This document shows, in pieces, positions 49,542 through 63,483 of a stretch of 64,000 nucleotides of DNA; the first letter of the stretch is position 1, and every line of letters starts with the position of its first letter. Origin of the DNA: Podarcis pityusensis (lineage: Eukaryota); assembly GCA_964106645.2 (NCBI GenBank), contig OZ067043.1. One strand, given 5' to 3'. Below the pieces are notes generated by a model. It did not search any database and was not told the origin of the DNA. It saw nothing but the letters and a program-made list of their open reading frames with translations. A program made the position numbers and the translations under genes.

Positions 49542-51743
49542 AGAAGCCAGCCTCATAATGTTCACATGTTGAATTTTCACAGTCTCTTTCCTAAATTTGT
49601 CTCCAAGCCCATTATCAATTTATAAGTGAAGTACAAATTACTTGGAGGGCTAAAGGATGAGAGAACATGGAGATAATACAGCTCTGGGAGGAGTGCTGGA
49701 TTGGCTCTTCTGGAGTGTTTGTATTTCACTGACATCCACACTACCCCCTTCCACAGCCCCCTCCCCATATTGGTAAGCAACAGTGACCCATCCAGCTAGT
49801 AAACTAGCATAGTTACTTTGCTCCACTTGGTGAGCTGCTTCTGCTAAGTAGTACTAGAAGAGATTTGTTTAATGTACTGTGCTTCATCCGTAGGTCTCAA
49901 AGCGGCTCAGAACATAAAAATGCAAGATAAAAGCAGTTATTCACTAACCACCTGTCCACAATGTTCTTCAACTGGACAGTGCTGTCATTTTTTAAAAAGG
50001 AAACCAAAAACAAAAAATAAACTAACCAATGAAATCACTACAAACAAACACATAAAAGCCAACAGGAACCGCATGAAATCCTTCTAATATAGGTTTTAAA
50101 ACAGACACTCGAAGTTCCAAAACACCCCTAAGATAGTTCAGTCTGGACTTGAGTGTTGCTGGGGCAGAGGAAGATCAAAAAAGCCTCCCCCTCAAAAAAA
50201 TAAATAAACTGATTTTGACTGGTTGTGTTTTATAAAGTCACTTTGTGATTTTTTTTCTTTTTTGTAGAAAGCAATTAAGAAATGTAATAAAATAAACAAA
50301 CGAATAAGCACAGTATCAAACATCACTGGTGAGGTGCCATCATTAATTTGAATACCACTTTCAAGAATGTTCTCTCCCTAGAAAGTGCCTGTCTCAGCTC
50401 ATTATGCATGGAGAAAGGGCTGTTATGTAGATATGTACAGGAGAGGATGCTCCTTCAGGTAACCTGGCTAGAAGACATTTGCAGCTTCAAAGATTAATGC
50501 TAACACTTTGCACTCGGCTGGGAAATCTTCCCGGTTATCAATTAAACTTTGTTATATCTTTCCCATGCAATCTGAAATTTTATTCCACTGCACCACTACT
50601 TTTACAGAGGTTTCTGCTCATGGATCCACTTAGCTATTAATTTTATATTCTCTGTCTCCACTTATACCTGACTATATTGGCAAAATTGAATGGATCTAGC
50701 TACTTCAAAACTCTCTTGATTTTCCCATTTCTCTCCAGCTTCTAGAAGTCTGTCATAAAGCCATTCATCCCTTTCCTCACGCTGCCCCCTTCTTTCTTTT
50801 TCTGTGGCCTTCAAGTCATGGTGAAATCAATCAAGTTGATCAATTAAGCACTTAGAATGGCCAGGAATCACTTCCAATAAGAGGGTTAGCTTCTGTGACA
50901 AAGAAACAACAATACCACAGCTACCCTGTTTTTAATGAGGGAATTTATTTATTGAAAGACCACAGTATTAAGGTTGCAATTAATACTAAAGGAAACCAGT
51001 TAAAGCAGCCAATCTCCCAGTAAAGCTACATAAAGAAAGGTCCATGCCAAAACCAAACAGAACACAAATATCAATAAAATATGCAGGGGAAGAATTCACA
51101 GGCATTATAGACACAGAACATTTTGCGTTAACTTGCTCTCAGAGCTTGCCACAGAATGTGAATAATTCAGATCTTATTTATGAATCGCTGTGGCCCATGC
51201 ACATTTTCTCAATACTCTGAAAAGACTGACAGACTGCCCATCACCTTTTGTTTGAGCTGGCTGAAGCCTATTATTTGTGTCTTATAATCTATGGGTGATA
51301 TATAACATTAATCAGAGAATGGCCGCTGAAATCAATAAAATTCTAAGTCCATTGATTTTAATGGATCTGCTTCAAGTATGACTTAGTTGGCTATCATCCT
51401 ATTTCTATTAATAGCATCTTCTATAAGCAACATCTTCTTCCTTTAGAAAGAAAGGGGGGGGGGACCTTCCATAAATGCAGTTCTATGAATGAAACAACAT
51501 CTACCTATCCATGCAGCATATAAGGGAAAATGGAACACTGGTTATGCAGATTGCTTAGCATGGACTGGAGAATTATAGCCTCTACTTTCAGTTCCTTTCA
51601 GTTAAGTTGTTGTGCCTGCTGCTATCCTTTCCTGCATAATTTCATCTCTTCACATTCCTATTTGAAATTACCTGAGCTGCAATTATCAAAAGCTTCCTTC
51701 ACATATTAATCATATGAAGAGGGTCCATGCATTGAAAGTAGGA

Positions 51744-52088
51744 TCTTTGTCAACAACTGTTTTTTGTGTTGAATATATGGTATATGGAAATTTATGGACC
51801 TAGTGGGTATCTAAAGCCATTTGCACATGCAGAATGTAGGCACCCTATATATAGAAATGAGCAAACTAGTGCTATTTTAGGGAGCAGGTGGTGCCCATTA
51901 CTTACATCACAGAAGCCTACACAACATAAAACCCTGTTGCTATATGTAGGTTTTATTTTATTTGTTTTTTATCTTATATTCTGGAAATGCACATCCAGGT
52001 TTTCTTTTCCTTTAAAATTTTTTGGGGCCCCCAAGAGAGTGGGGCCCTAGGCTATAGCTTGTTTAGCTTATACGTAAATCCAGCACTG
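51744..52088. mobile_element. Partial second copy of the hAT-type element at 7454
   Basis: Shares ctttgtcaacaac...ggtatctaaagccatttgcacat and the right end gagagtggggcccta...gtaaatccagcactg; left TIR missing. Confidence 0.75.
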
Positions 52089-53603
52089 GTAATACCGAAG
52101 GCTGTCCATTCGTTTGTCTGCGGTATGAAAAAAAATGCTGAAAGTCGAAGGCTTTGCTGAGCATATGCAATACCTTAGGCCCCTTCCAAATAATCATGCC
52201 AGTGACATTTTTATTATTGTTATTACTGCTGCCATTTTCATTACATTGCATTTGGGCCTGTTTTTGTAATTAATAATAAAACATCCTGGAACTGAAATGA
52301 AGGTCAGGCTTTATTATTTTTAATCAATGAATAAAAAAATTGTCTTTGGCCAAGGACTAAATCCAAGATTCTATAACCATCACTAACACTGATGTTGCAG
52401 ATGTACTCCAAAGAAATGACTGTGCAGTTGCTATTAGGATCCCATTTTTTAAAAAAATCAAAATCCAGATTTTTAAAAATAAAATGTAATGTCAAACCAG
52501 GCCCCAGGCACAATCCAGCCATTCAGTTTCACTGTATGCCATGCATTGTCAAAAGAACTGCAGTGGTTGGAGCCTCAGAAAGAAATGCCCCATGGCTTTT
52601 CAGAGTTATTCAAATAGCTCATATAAGACTTCCAATGCATATTGCAATATATGACAATGATACAGTCTTGCACATGCCAGTGGCACTTTTGCACTGTTAG
52701 CTAGAGGACATGGAACTCCATCTGCCACAGTGACTGGTGGCAGCCCCCTGTAAATATGAGACTGTAAAATAAGAATGCAAGAATAGCTCTTCTGCAGAAG
52801 ACGAAATGCCTACACTGAATTTAGATTGTTCAGTACCAATGTAAGGCAGATCACTATTGCTTCCATTGTTGCTTTTTTTTACAAGGGAAACTGAGGCTTA
52901 AAAGATTTTCCTAATGCTAACCACAAAAAGTATGGCTTAACCAAAAAAGCTTAACTTTTTCTGAAGGGAAAGGGGAGGTCACATTATTATTAACTCATTC
53001 TTCTATAAGACTATCATATTTGACTCTAAGCCATTAGGCAACTGTGTGAAATCTTGGTGATAAACTATGGGAGAAATTTTTAAAGGTGTTCTCCCCCCCC
53101 CCCTCCACACACACTAGTGTTCTCTATGTATCATATAGGAACAACATCCCAGTGCACTAAAATGGATCTGAGCGTTTGGATTTTCGGCTCAAATGAAACT
53201 CAGAAGAGGTGGAGAGGTTTGATCTGTTCTTCAGCTAGAGGTGAGACTTTGATGTAAAGAGTCATGCAGCTGTATTACATACAAAGCCACTCCCTTAATA
53301 GTGAAGATTGTGTAGTCTCCTAGATTTTCAAAGTTTAAATGGAGAAGCAGACACAGTGTGTACCATCCTGTCCTGTTTATGAAGCACAAAGAGCAACTAC
53401 AGATTTCAAATCCTTAAGATTTGAGGCTACTTTATTGAAAAATGAAGAGTTTTCAACAAGTGAAGTTTACTTCAAAAGAGACAAGTGTCACCTTATCTCT
53501 GTGGACATTACAGAAATATCACACACTTTAAGTTACCTCCTAAAAGTCATTTCATGAAGACAATGTATTAGACAAGGCCCCAGTAGAATGTATTGTATAC
53601 TTA

Positions 53604-53723
53604 GGGTCATATTCAACGAGGTCCTACTCAGAGTAGACCCTTTGAAATTAATGGACCTAAGTTAGTCATGTCCATTAACTTCAACGGGTCAAAACTGAGA
53701 AACATTAGCACTGAATACCACCC
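53604..53723. repeat. Palindromic dispersed repeat, MITE-like (relatives near 27856-27975, 36550-36630, 51330-51400, 55510-55585, 60205-60285)
   Basis: gaccctttgaaattaatggac...gtccattaacttcaacgggtc inverted arms. Confidence 0.65.
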
Positions 53724-54922
53724 AAAATATACACGAAACAATGCTCCTACTTCCATTATTACCATTTTCAATATAAATCATTTTTTTCTACCCTGTTTAT
53801 ATTTCATTCAACCGCAAGGGGTTCAAACTGGTTTCTAATCATATAGCACTCCAGATCTGAAGCATTAATAAATAATAAGGGAAGACTCACAGCCATAAAT
53901 GTTGAAACATGCACTGCCCTATATAATTTATAGAAGATTCTGGTTAGAAACTACTTCATTTTCAAAAGTCATAAAGGCTCAAGATTTTCTTGGGAGAGAA
54001 TTCCGTAAGTGTGATCCAATATAGTAGTTTCAGTCAATACAGGAAAAGAAATGACTAGGGTTCATTATAAAGCAATAGTGGCATTTTTTTATCTCTGCAT
54101 TACAAGACAGACAATGCACAGGCCATTATGAGCTGAAGAAATGCCAGATTAAGAGTTCATATTTTCCTAGTGGCACATTGATTGAATATTTAATTTCTAT
54201 ACCACTCAATATATTTTAAATACTTCTAAGCAATGTACAAAAAACTAAGGCAACAACAGACAATATTATAAAAATACAGCTACATATAAAAATGTTACAT
54301 TAATACAAAGTTACTCACATATATAAATGAATTTCAGTTCATTTTCCTTCGAACACACTCTTTCCTCTCAACCTCAGGCTTCTCACTCAGAATCCAAACA
54401 AACCTTCAGCTCACCCACAAAAGTCTCACAACAAGAGGAGTTCATGGAAACAGCCTAGTCTCTCCCTCTAGACTTGTTAATTATGGACAGGCCCAAGGTA
54501 GCTGGTACTTCCTCAGGCTGCCTACAGCTGTGTCCTATTCAGCTACACTCACACAGGTGCAGCAGGTTTGTTGAGTGTCCCAGGAGGTGCAAAGGATGGG
54601 AAGTGACTTCCCTCCACTCACAGCCCTTTCTGTCCTGTCATCCTCCTCATCCACCAGCTGGAATCTGCTAGAAGCTTCTACACAATTTTATTAAAATGGC
54701 AACCACCATTTGTTACTAGATCCATTCCTAGATGCATCCACTACTTAAGTCCACAGCATCTGTCTCACCAACAGAAAAAGAGCCATATATTCCATTTGGG
54801 GTGACAGCTATTATCTAGAAGTACAGGAAAATGTTAAATTCTCAAAGGCATGAATTTCCTTAAGTAAGAAGAAGCCTCTTTTTAAACCAGCCCTAAGTTC
54901 ACAAAAGGATTTCACAAAAAAA

Positions 54923-55169
54923 TCCTGCCAACCTAGCAGTTCGAAAGCATGTCAAAGTGCAAGTAGATAAATAGGTACCGCTCCGGCGGGAAGGTAAACG
55001 GCGTTTCCGTGCGCTGCTCTGGTTTGCCAGAAGCAGCTTAGTCATGCTGGCCACATGACCCTGAAGCTGTACGCCGGCTCCCTCGGCCAATAAAGCGAGA
55101 TGAGCGCCGCAACCCCAGAGTCGGTCACGACTGGACCATTAGGTCAGGGGTCCCCTTTACCTTTACCTT
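54923..55169 (+). mobile_element. 5'-truncated Sauria SINE (subfamily A) with 13-bp TSD
   Basis: Close match to the 3' two-thirds of the 7850 copy; TSD taagttcacaaaa at 54894-54906 and 55170-55182. Confidence 0.95.
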
Positions 55170-58100
55170 TAAGTTCACAAAATGTACTAGCTAATATGCA
55201 TTTCTACTTGCCATCTTCCCTGTGCACACATCTGTTAATACTGGTGTGGTTAATAGCCTTAAAGTCTTCTCTACTAAGACTCCTGGAGGCTCTTCTTACT
55301 TGCCAGAGGTGGCTGGCCAAGGCATGTAGGCTCCTCTGGGCAACTCCTTACCAAGGCTGCAAGAGAACCGAGGTACATCTCAGATCAGAGATAGCCAACA
55401 CTGTCCCTCCAGATGTTGCTGGACTACAACTTCCATCATCAAGCTGACTGGGACTGATGGGAGTTGGGAATCTAAATCTGGAGACTACCATGTTGGCTCC
55501 TTCTGCTTTACACATTTACATGGATGTAAGTCCCACTGAACTCAGTCAGGTTTACTTCTCAGTAGGCATTTGTAGGGTTGCACTGTTAAAAGAATAAACC
55601 AGGTGGCTCAATTATGCATGCGTTTTTGGTGTTACAACAGATTGTATAATGCTGATAACGCATGGAAATTATTTCAGAACAACTAAAGCTGATTAAAACA
55701 CAGCAGCTAATTATATTTCAGCAGCTTTCCCTGTGTCTATGAAATAAAACAAAAGATGGTATTTATTCAGAATATTAATGGCAGCACTCTCTGGCAGGTA
55801 AGAGGCAAACCCTGCAGAAACAATGCAGCTCAACAAAGCATAATGCATAGGATATGGAACACAACCCAGCACAAATGAGTGAGCGGTACTAATCCTACAT
55901 TGAATAATGCTAATTGCAGGTGAAAATCTCGTTCAGAAAACCACCTTCATGATATCCTTATACATGATCTAGGAACTTGTCTGTCTTGTCTAATGACACG
56001 CACACAGCACAACTGAGCAGTCTACACAACAAACTTTCATCAAACCAGCAGTTATGTCTACCCGCATGCTGCAATGCATGGTGAAGATCTGATTTGGACA
56101 AATTTCAAATCCCAAATAGAAATGCCTTGAAAGGATTCTGGGTTCGCCAGAGCTGAAATGGAACTCTGCAAGATGGCTTGTATTGAAGCAGGGACCCACC
56201 TTGGCAATCCAGCCATGAGAAGAATAAGAAGAAGCTATATCCATGTGCTGAAAGTGAAAGGTAATAGCATCTCTAAGCCTGCCATAATGTCAGGGTGGAA
56301 AGATGAGGAAAGAGAGAAGAAACATCATGGTCAGAGTGAGTAGAGGGTACAGAGGGAAATCGCTACTGTTACTTACAGGCCAAGCTTGTAATCAGATGGA
56401 ATTATTGCAACTATAAATTTAACCCCTTCATATTCTGCACCCCCAATTTTTGTTAAAAGTCTGTGTGTCTGTTTTTCTGCGATATGGCATGTTTCAATAG
56501 GCAATATGGATATTTTTTGATGAATAGCTTATAGAAAGTTATTCTAATCCTAAAATTTGCAGAAAAGCCACTGCACCAATCCAGTTGAAATTTAGCAGGA
56601 TACTCCAGTTCTGTGAAAAAGTATGGAATAAATTATTGCATTCTGTGTGCGCAACTGTTCAGCATTTCACTTTGGCCAACTGTAGGTCTTATCCAGGTTT
56701 AACTAAGACATCTGCCAGTTTCACCATGATAACCACCACAAATATGCAACATGTCATCCCATTCAATCTGGTATGTATATGGCAGACCAAGATTAAATGT
56801 CCATGCAGTACACAAAGAAAGCATTAGCCTTCTGACTCTGAAGGGGGAAAAGCAACTTGAAAGCAAATGACTGTATATGCTGTTGTACATTTGGTATGAA
56901 CTTTCTGAATGCTACATCATCTGTGGCATGGAAAACTTTTACTAATAATTTCAGAATAATTTTGTGCATTGTTTTGCACAAACGTGGATTTTATGTATGG
57001 AAAATGTTGCCCTTGTGACACACTTCATTGACATACTGTTTGTGAAGTGTTTTACAACATGCCAAGTGGAAATTATTTTATCTCACATGCATATAGCTAA
57101 TTTGCTCATTTTGACCATAGATGGGTACGAAGATAAGTAATACATAAAGATTTTAAATTCTAACTGCTAGGTGTTGTGTTGTTGTTTTTTAATGCAGCCA
57201 GCAGAGGAAAAGATCCTGCAGTTTAAACATGAAAGGCAAAGCTAACTTGGCGCTTTCATTCCAATGAACATAGTAGTTTATTATTTTAGGCACAGACCCT
57301 GGCCGAGACCACAATGACTCCACGGCTCGTGAGCAAATAAAAGAGGACAAATTGAATGTGATAGCATGGAGAGAGAAAGAAAAAGTGAACAAAGAGCAGG
57401 ATGCCAATTTGTGGTTTGATAGAAGAACTGACTACAAAATGGGCCAGGAAGCAGGACTTCTGAGCGTGAACATGATTGAACTCTTTCCTCAGAAGGGGCT
57501 GTTTATTCTCTCGAAAATTAGCAAAACACTATGTGGCTGCAAATGAATGGTCCACCACTGAATCTGTGTGACCTGGAGCCTTTCATTCAGTTGTGTCACA
57601 CAATAGGCGACAGAATTTCTCACTCCTGGAAGGCAAGTATAGAAGAGAAAGGAAGTCGTAACCTTGGAACATTCTCCAAATATGAATGGGCTTCTCTTCA
57701 GATAACCGGCCTCTTAAACATGGCTTAACTATAAATGGAAAATAAATCTGCAATCCCAGTACACCTTCCATAAGGAGTGACTCTACTGATAAACCAAGGA
57801 AACGTTTTTGTGAGCTTCTCCACAAGGAATTTCTAGAGCGTTTTCTCCAGCCCAATAGCATACTGGAAATGGCACAGCCAGAAAACACTTTCAAATAAAA
57901 TGGAATAATTATATACCATAAACAACCAGGTAGATAGATTTGACATCCTCATCATCAAAAAAACATTTTATACAGAAACGATCAAGGATCTAAATGAGTA
58001 AGGTATCTAGAAATGTGTTTACACTAAAATCATTGATATAAATTTCATATTGCAGGCATTCTTATTGTCTAGATTAAAAATCCATTCAATATGGTTAAGA

Positions 58101-58213
58101 ATTCAGGCTGGGTTTTCACTGGTTTATTGCATGTAACTGAAAGAGTGGAGTTATGCGTTATGCATTATCAGTTAGCATTAAATTGTGCAGCCTCACACTT
58201 GTCCTGTAAAATA

Positions 58214-58432
58214 CAGTTGTACCTCGGAGGTCAAACAGAATCCATTCTGGAAGTCCGTTAGACTTCCAAAACGTTCAGAAACCAAGGTGTGGCTTGTGAT
58301 TGGCTACAGGAGTTTTGTGCACTCAATTGGAAGCCATGTTGGATGTTCGGCTTCCGAAAAACATTTGCAAACCAGAACACTCACTTCTGGGTTTGTGGCG
58401 TTCAGGAGCCGAATTGTTTGACAACTAAGCTG
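58214..58432. mobile_element. Tigger-like MITE, right TIR lost
   Basis: Left end ta|cagttgtacctcgg and internal motifs similar to the 61777 and 63285 elements. Confidence 0.65.
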
Positions 58433-59248
58433 AATCCTAGGAGCTTGTCACATTGGGTTATAATAATTCTTTTTTTCAATTAAAGCAAGATGGCATATTG
58501 GAAAGCCCTGCTGGAGAAGTGTTCGCACAGGACAAAGATCCAAGGACTTCATGGGCAGGATAAAATGCAAAAGCTGATTTTGGCCCCTTCTCATTTTCAT
58601 GTAGATTAGGTTTAGCATTCAGCTTCATTCTTTTTTCTCTCATCTGAATCTCAAAGCAGAAATTACAATTAAATACTCAGTACACCAGCTTAGTTCAAAA
58701 CAGGCATAACTCCTTTGAGTTGCTTTTACTTATCCCTTTTTCTGGCTTTTTGCTGCAAAATCAGAGGATGTCTTTGAATGGGTCTCTAACACTGTGCTGC
58801 TCTCACCTTGTATTTAAATGCATGCAATGATTCTTTCATGGCTTTGAAGCAATGTCTCTTGCTCCCTGGGTACATTTATGTATTTTAGGAAGAAATATAG
58901 TGTGTCCCCCCCCCCCCCCGCTTTAGCAACTGTGCACAGCATGATTTCAGGGTTGTTGTTTCTCTGTTCTCTTAATCAAAATTATCACTTAATTCATTTG
59001 CTTGTTGAACAGTTCTCATATATTCCCCCCCCCCAAGCTTTCCAGTGCATCATTGAATATCTGTTCATTCCAAGTTCATAGGCACATATAACAAAAGCAA
59101 GGAACAAAAATATGAAAACAGCAAAATAATCATGTTTTCTATCCCACCCCCACCCCCCCACCCCCCCACCCCCGGAATCTGAATGACTACCTACTCCAGC
59201 CACGAAACATAAGGTTATATTTAGTCCACCAGACATCTTGGATCTACG

Positions 59249-59488
59249 CAGTGGCAGAGCTTCATGCTCCAGCACCAGGGGGGAGAGCAGGCGGGAGTGG
59301 GGCTGGCGTGGCCCCCGGGGGCGTGGTGCGCTGCCCACAAGGGCGTGGTGCACATCCTGGGGGCATGGCACACTGCCTGCGGGGGTGTGGCACCCAGCAC
59401 GGGGGGGGGCGGGAGCCGTGATGGCACCCCACCAGGATCGTGCTGCTGGGGGCAGTGAGCTGCCCCCCCCACTCTTCCTCTGCCAGTG
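59249..59488. mobile_element. GC-rich hAT-type MITE (240 bp)
   Basis: TIRs cagtggcagag / ctctgccagtg; 8-bp TSD gatctacg / aatctacg; sharp GC contrast with flanks. Confidence 0.85.
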
Positions 59489-61776
59489 AATCTACGTCAT
59501 GAATCAATTTTGGTATTTGATTCCAGTATTTAAAACAGAGAAATCTTGACTGATACAGCATCAGTAATCTTGAATTATACCAAATGAAGAGCCATAATAG
59601 CCACCATATCCCAACATTATCAGATTTACAGTGGTTGGTTTTTCTTTTGTTTTTTAAATGGTTTATTTCTACTTCCAAGCACTAGTATCAGAATCTCCTG
59701 CATTTTGTGTAAAAGAATAAAATGTGTTAATTGAACTTGGGTTCTTTGCATCTGGCAAGCCAACACAACGCATCAACAGCACCAGTATTGCTGGGAAATG
59801 TCAGAAATGATACTAATACAACTGCTAACAGCAGAGCAAACAAAAAAACTGCAAAGCAATTGGTGAGATATAGCACACTGCATCGAGAGAAAAATATCGG
59901 CTACAAGTGGGAGTAACTTTGCAGACATACAGGAGAAGAAGATATCAAAGACAAATAGACACAAGACTTTAAACAGGGACATCACTCTTTGCTGTGGCGT
60001 TTTCACCACTTGTGACAAAACATTTCAGTGGTTCTGAGATGGACTCCTTTATTATTATGTCAAGAGTTCTCTTGTCAAGCACTTTCTCTTAGGCTGGAAT
60101 GTCACCCGCAAAATTCTGCTAGAAAGGGCTTTCAGCTATACATAAATTAAGGGCAGGACTGAATGTTGGTGTGCACGTATAGGATAGTAGCTATGTATAA
60201 TAAAAATCAACTGAACAAGTTAGTTCTGATTAAACTAATTCATTGGTTTCAATGGGACAATTGTGACTAGTTTAGTTGAACTGAGGGCCAGGTCTTGATT
60301 ACTCTGAACACTGGACATTTTAAATCATTTATATCAACATTTTATATCAGACAGAAATCAAAGTCCATCCTGAGCACCTTCTGGCTATAGCAGAAAAATT
60401 AAGTCCTTGTTAAACTTAAAATAGTCCATATATTACTATGTGAGCATTATTATTGATGCTATTATTGTGCGGATAATATCATGCTAGGTATACTCCTATG
60501 AATTTTGCTCACTCTAAAAGCCTGATTCGAATCTAGCGCTGGCAGCAAAAAAAGCTCACCTTGAATTAACCGTAGAGAACAGAATAGATGCCTAGCAGTT
60601 AAGGCAAACACTTTCATGGATAGGACTTGCATGATATGGTTGTACACGAGTTGAGAAATATTAACCCTAGATGAGTTTTGGGCCTCAACAGATTGAGACA
60701 CCCAAGTTAAGCCAGTTAAAAATGTCCTGCATCATACTCCATTCATTCATGTACCTCTTTCCTGGCAATATTTTCTTCCTATAAAAACCCCTGTTTCCTG
60801 AGGGCATTTATTACATTACACTTCAGAATTTTTCATACACTGGGGGTGGGATCCTTTAATAATCATCTAGCCTCTTCTTGCTCTAGATACCATCAGCAAT
60901 ACTTTTATTCTGACAACCGTGAAAATACAAATTATTCTCATTCCTTCCCCCCACCCCCATTCTAATGCTGTTGACCTTCCAGTCCAAACACACTGAGAAA
61001 GGAAATGAGAGATATCTTCAGAACTTAAATAAAATGTAAGGCATAATGTGAAATAACATTTAAGGATTTTTTTAAAATTGTTGGCTGCTTTGAGGGTATT
61101 TTTTGGGTAGCAAGACAGCCTGTATATTTCAATATACTGATATTTACAAAAATTGCAAATCTGAATTCTACAGCTGCTGAAAGTTCAAGATGCTGAAGAT
61201 TTTCAAAGAATCTTGGGGGGGGGGGGGAAATATCCATGGGATTCCCTACCCCCCAGAACAGACACCCCCTATCTTGCACCCATCTCTCAGTTCTTAAGGC
61301 TTTCCTCTCCAAGCTGATCCTGCAACATAGCAAGAATCACCTGAAATCTGACTTGTGCAGGTTTATATGGTGCCAAATTTGTGAGGCTGGCAGGTGCTAC
61401 ATTCGGTGGTTGGCACTGTCCCACTGCTCCTGAGGCAAGATGCTACCATTCTACCAAAATGTCCACCATTAAAAATGCATGGCCATATTATCTTGATATT
61501 TGCTGCCAGCTAAATTGGTGGAAAAGCTTGTGATGGTTTCAGAAGTCAATTTATCACATGAAAAACTTGCTGTAACAGAAATTAGGTCATAACAGCAACA
61601 TTGGCTTCAAAACTGGGTCAGCCATTAAGAGAAACTTTATGACTGTGCACAATTGAAAGATCTAATCAATGGATTATGACTAATATACCATGTTTATTGC
61701 TCTTATTTCTATGTGCGTATTGCCTTGCATTGCTCTTTTACACATGGCAAAATATGAAATTAAAATTAAAGGATTA

Positions 61777-62011
61777 CAGTGGTACCTCGGGTTAAGAACT
61801 CAATTCGTTCTGGAGGTCTGTTCTTAACCTGAAACCATTCTTAAAGGTACCACTTTAACTAATGGGGCCTCCTGCCACCGCCGCACTGCCAGCGCGCAAT
61901 TTCTGTTCTCATCCTGAAGCAAAGTTCTTAACCCAAGGTACTATTTCTGGGTTAGAGTCTGTAACTTGAAGCGTCTGTAACCTGAAGTGTCTGTAACCCG
62001 GGGTACCACTG
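61777..62011. mobile_element. Tc1/mariner (Tigger-like) MITE
   Basis: TIRs cagtggtacctcgggtta / taacccggggtaccactg; TA target duplication on both sides. Confidence 0.92.
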
Positions 62012-63284
62012 TATAACTGGCTGCTGCAGATATGGGACTCCTGCAGTAGTAGTAGTAAATTATTTGTACCCCACCCATCTGATTCGGTTGCTCCAGCAAC
62101 TCTGGGCGACTTCTAGTCTTTTGCTATCTAAAACATCTGGGGGGCACCAGGTTGGGGGATGCTGTCCTAGCAAAAAAAAAAAAAGTATCAACACTACTTC
62201 AACCAGCAAAATGTCACCCTGAGTTCTGCTTCCTGACCATGCTAGTGTGTGACAGAATGCTTTGAACGGGCATAAATTAACTGGAGGCTGGAGGCACTAT
62301 ATTATGAAATCATTATTCCATGGTACCTACCTATCATTGGGGCATATTGCAGCCTCTTGAAAATCACAGAAAACTTGTGCCACCCAACAGAATTTAATCA
62401 GTCCATGAGAGATTATTCATAACAAATCTGTCAGCTTCTGAGATGTCACAGAACTATCTGTTCCTTCTTGCTGAAGCAGAGTATCATATAAAATATCAGG
62501 CGATATTTTATATTATTAACAGGATGCCCTGTTCACAAGCTTCATAGAGCACTGGCTACATGGAACTTTGGTCTAAGTTAGCAATAGGCCTCTTGTGTCC
62601 TCATGTGGGAGTTTGCTGCCAATGTTTTTTTTTATACATCCATACTGGTTGTAGTGTTAATGTTTTTGATTTTTTTTTTACTGGAGTCCACATTTTTACT
62701 GGTATTTTTATTTATGTTCAATATATGTATTCTTAACCTCAAAAGATGTCTTTATATGTATATATCAAAACATGACAAAACCATTAAATTAGGAACCAGG
62801 TTTACAGACTTAAAATAATCCTGAAAATGTCAAAAATCTATAGGCTGTTCCTGAGTTATAAATTCTGCATATCGATCTCAGCGATATCATTTTGAGGAGA
62901 CTCAAGAGGGCTAATTATGCCAGCAAGTGAGCGAATAGAATAAATAGCACTTGGCATATTTGCTTGGGATATACATATTACACACTTTAAATGTCAGAAT
63001 AATAAGGAAAGGAATTTTTTTTTTTTAAAAAAAACCCTTCTATCCTGATTGGCCAAACTTTGCCCTGCTTGACATACCCTCATAAGTTAAATGTACCCAC
63101 ATATTTCACCCGTTCCACTTCTGGGAGATTGCTAAAAAAAACAAATACTGAAGAATTTTTGGTATATTGCAAGTCCTTGTATGCATCAGAAACTAATGAT
63201 TTTGGGGGGTTTTAAGACAGCTATATTTTCACTCAATAATCTTGAGGTAAGAAAGACGGTGCTGTCTTGCACAGCTGTCAAATA

Positions 63285-63483
63285 CTGTCATACCTCGGGC
63301 TGAAGTTGCTTCAGGTTGAGCGCTTTCGGGTTGTGCTCTGCAGCGACCCGGAAGCAATGACACCATGCGCATGCGCAGAAGCGGCAAATTGTGACCCACA
63401 CATGTGCAGACACGGGTTGCGTTCGCTTCAGGATGCGAACGGGGTTCTGGAACGGATCCCATTCGTATCCAGAGGTACTACTG
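63285..63483. mobile_element. Tc1/mariner (Tigger-like) MITE
   Basis: ta|ctgtcatacctc ... gaggtactactg|ta; degenerate TIRs with TA flanks. Confidence 0.8.

Noticed and set aside
58994-59678. Cluster of overlapping Pro/Gly-rich ORFs and a CpG-island-like patch
   Set aside because: Explained by a 240-bp GC-rich MITE with TIRs and TSD
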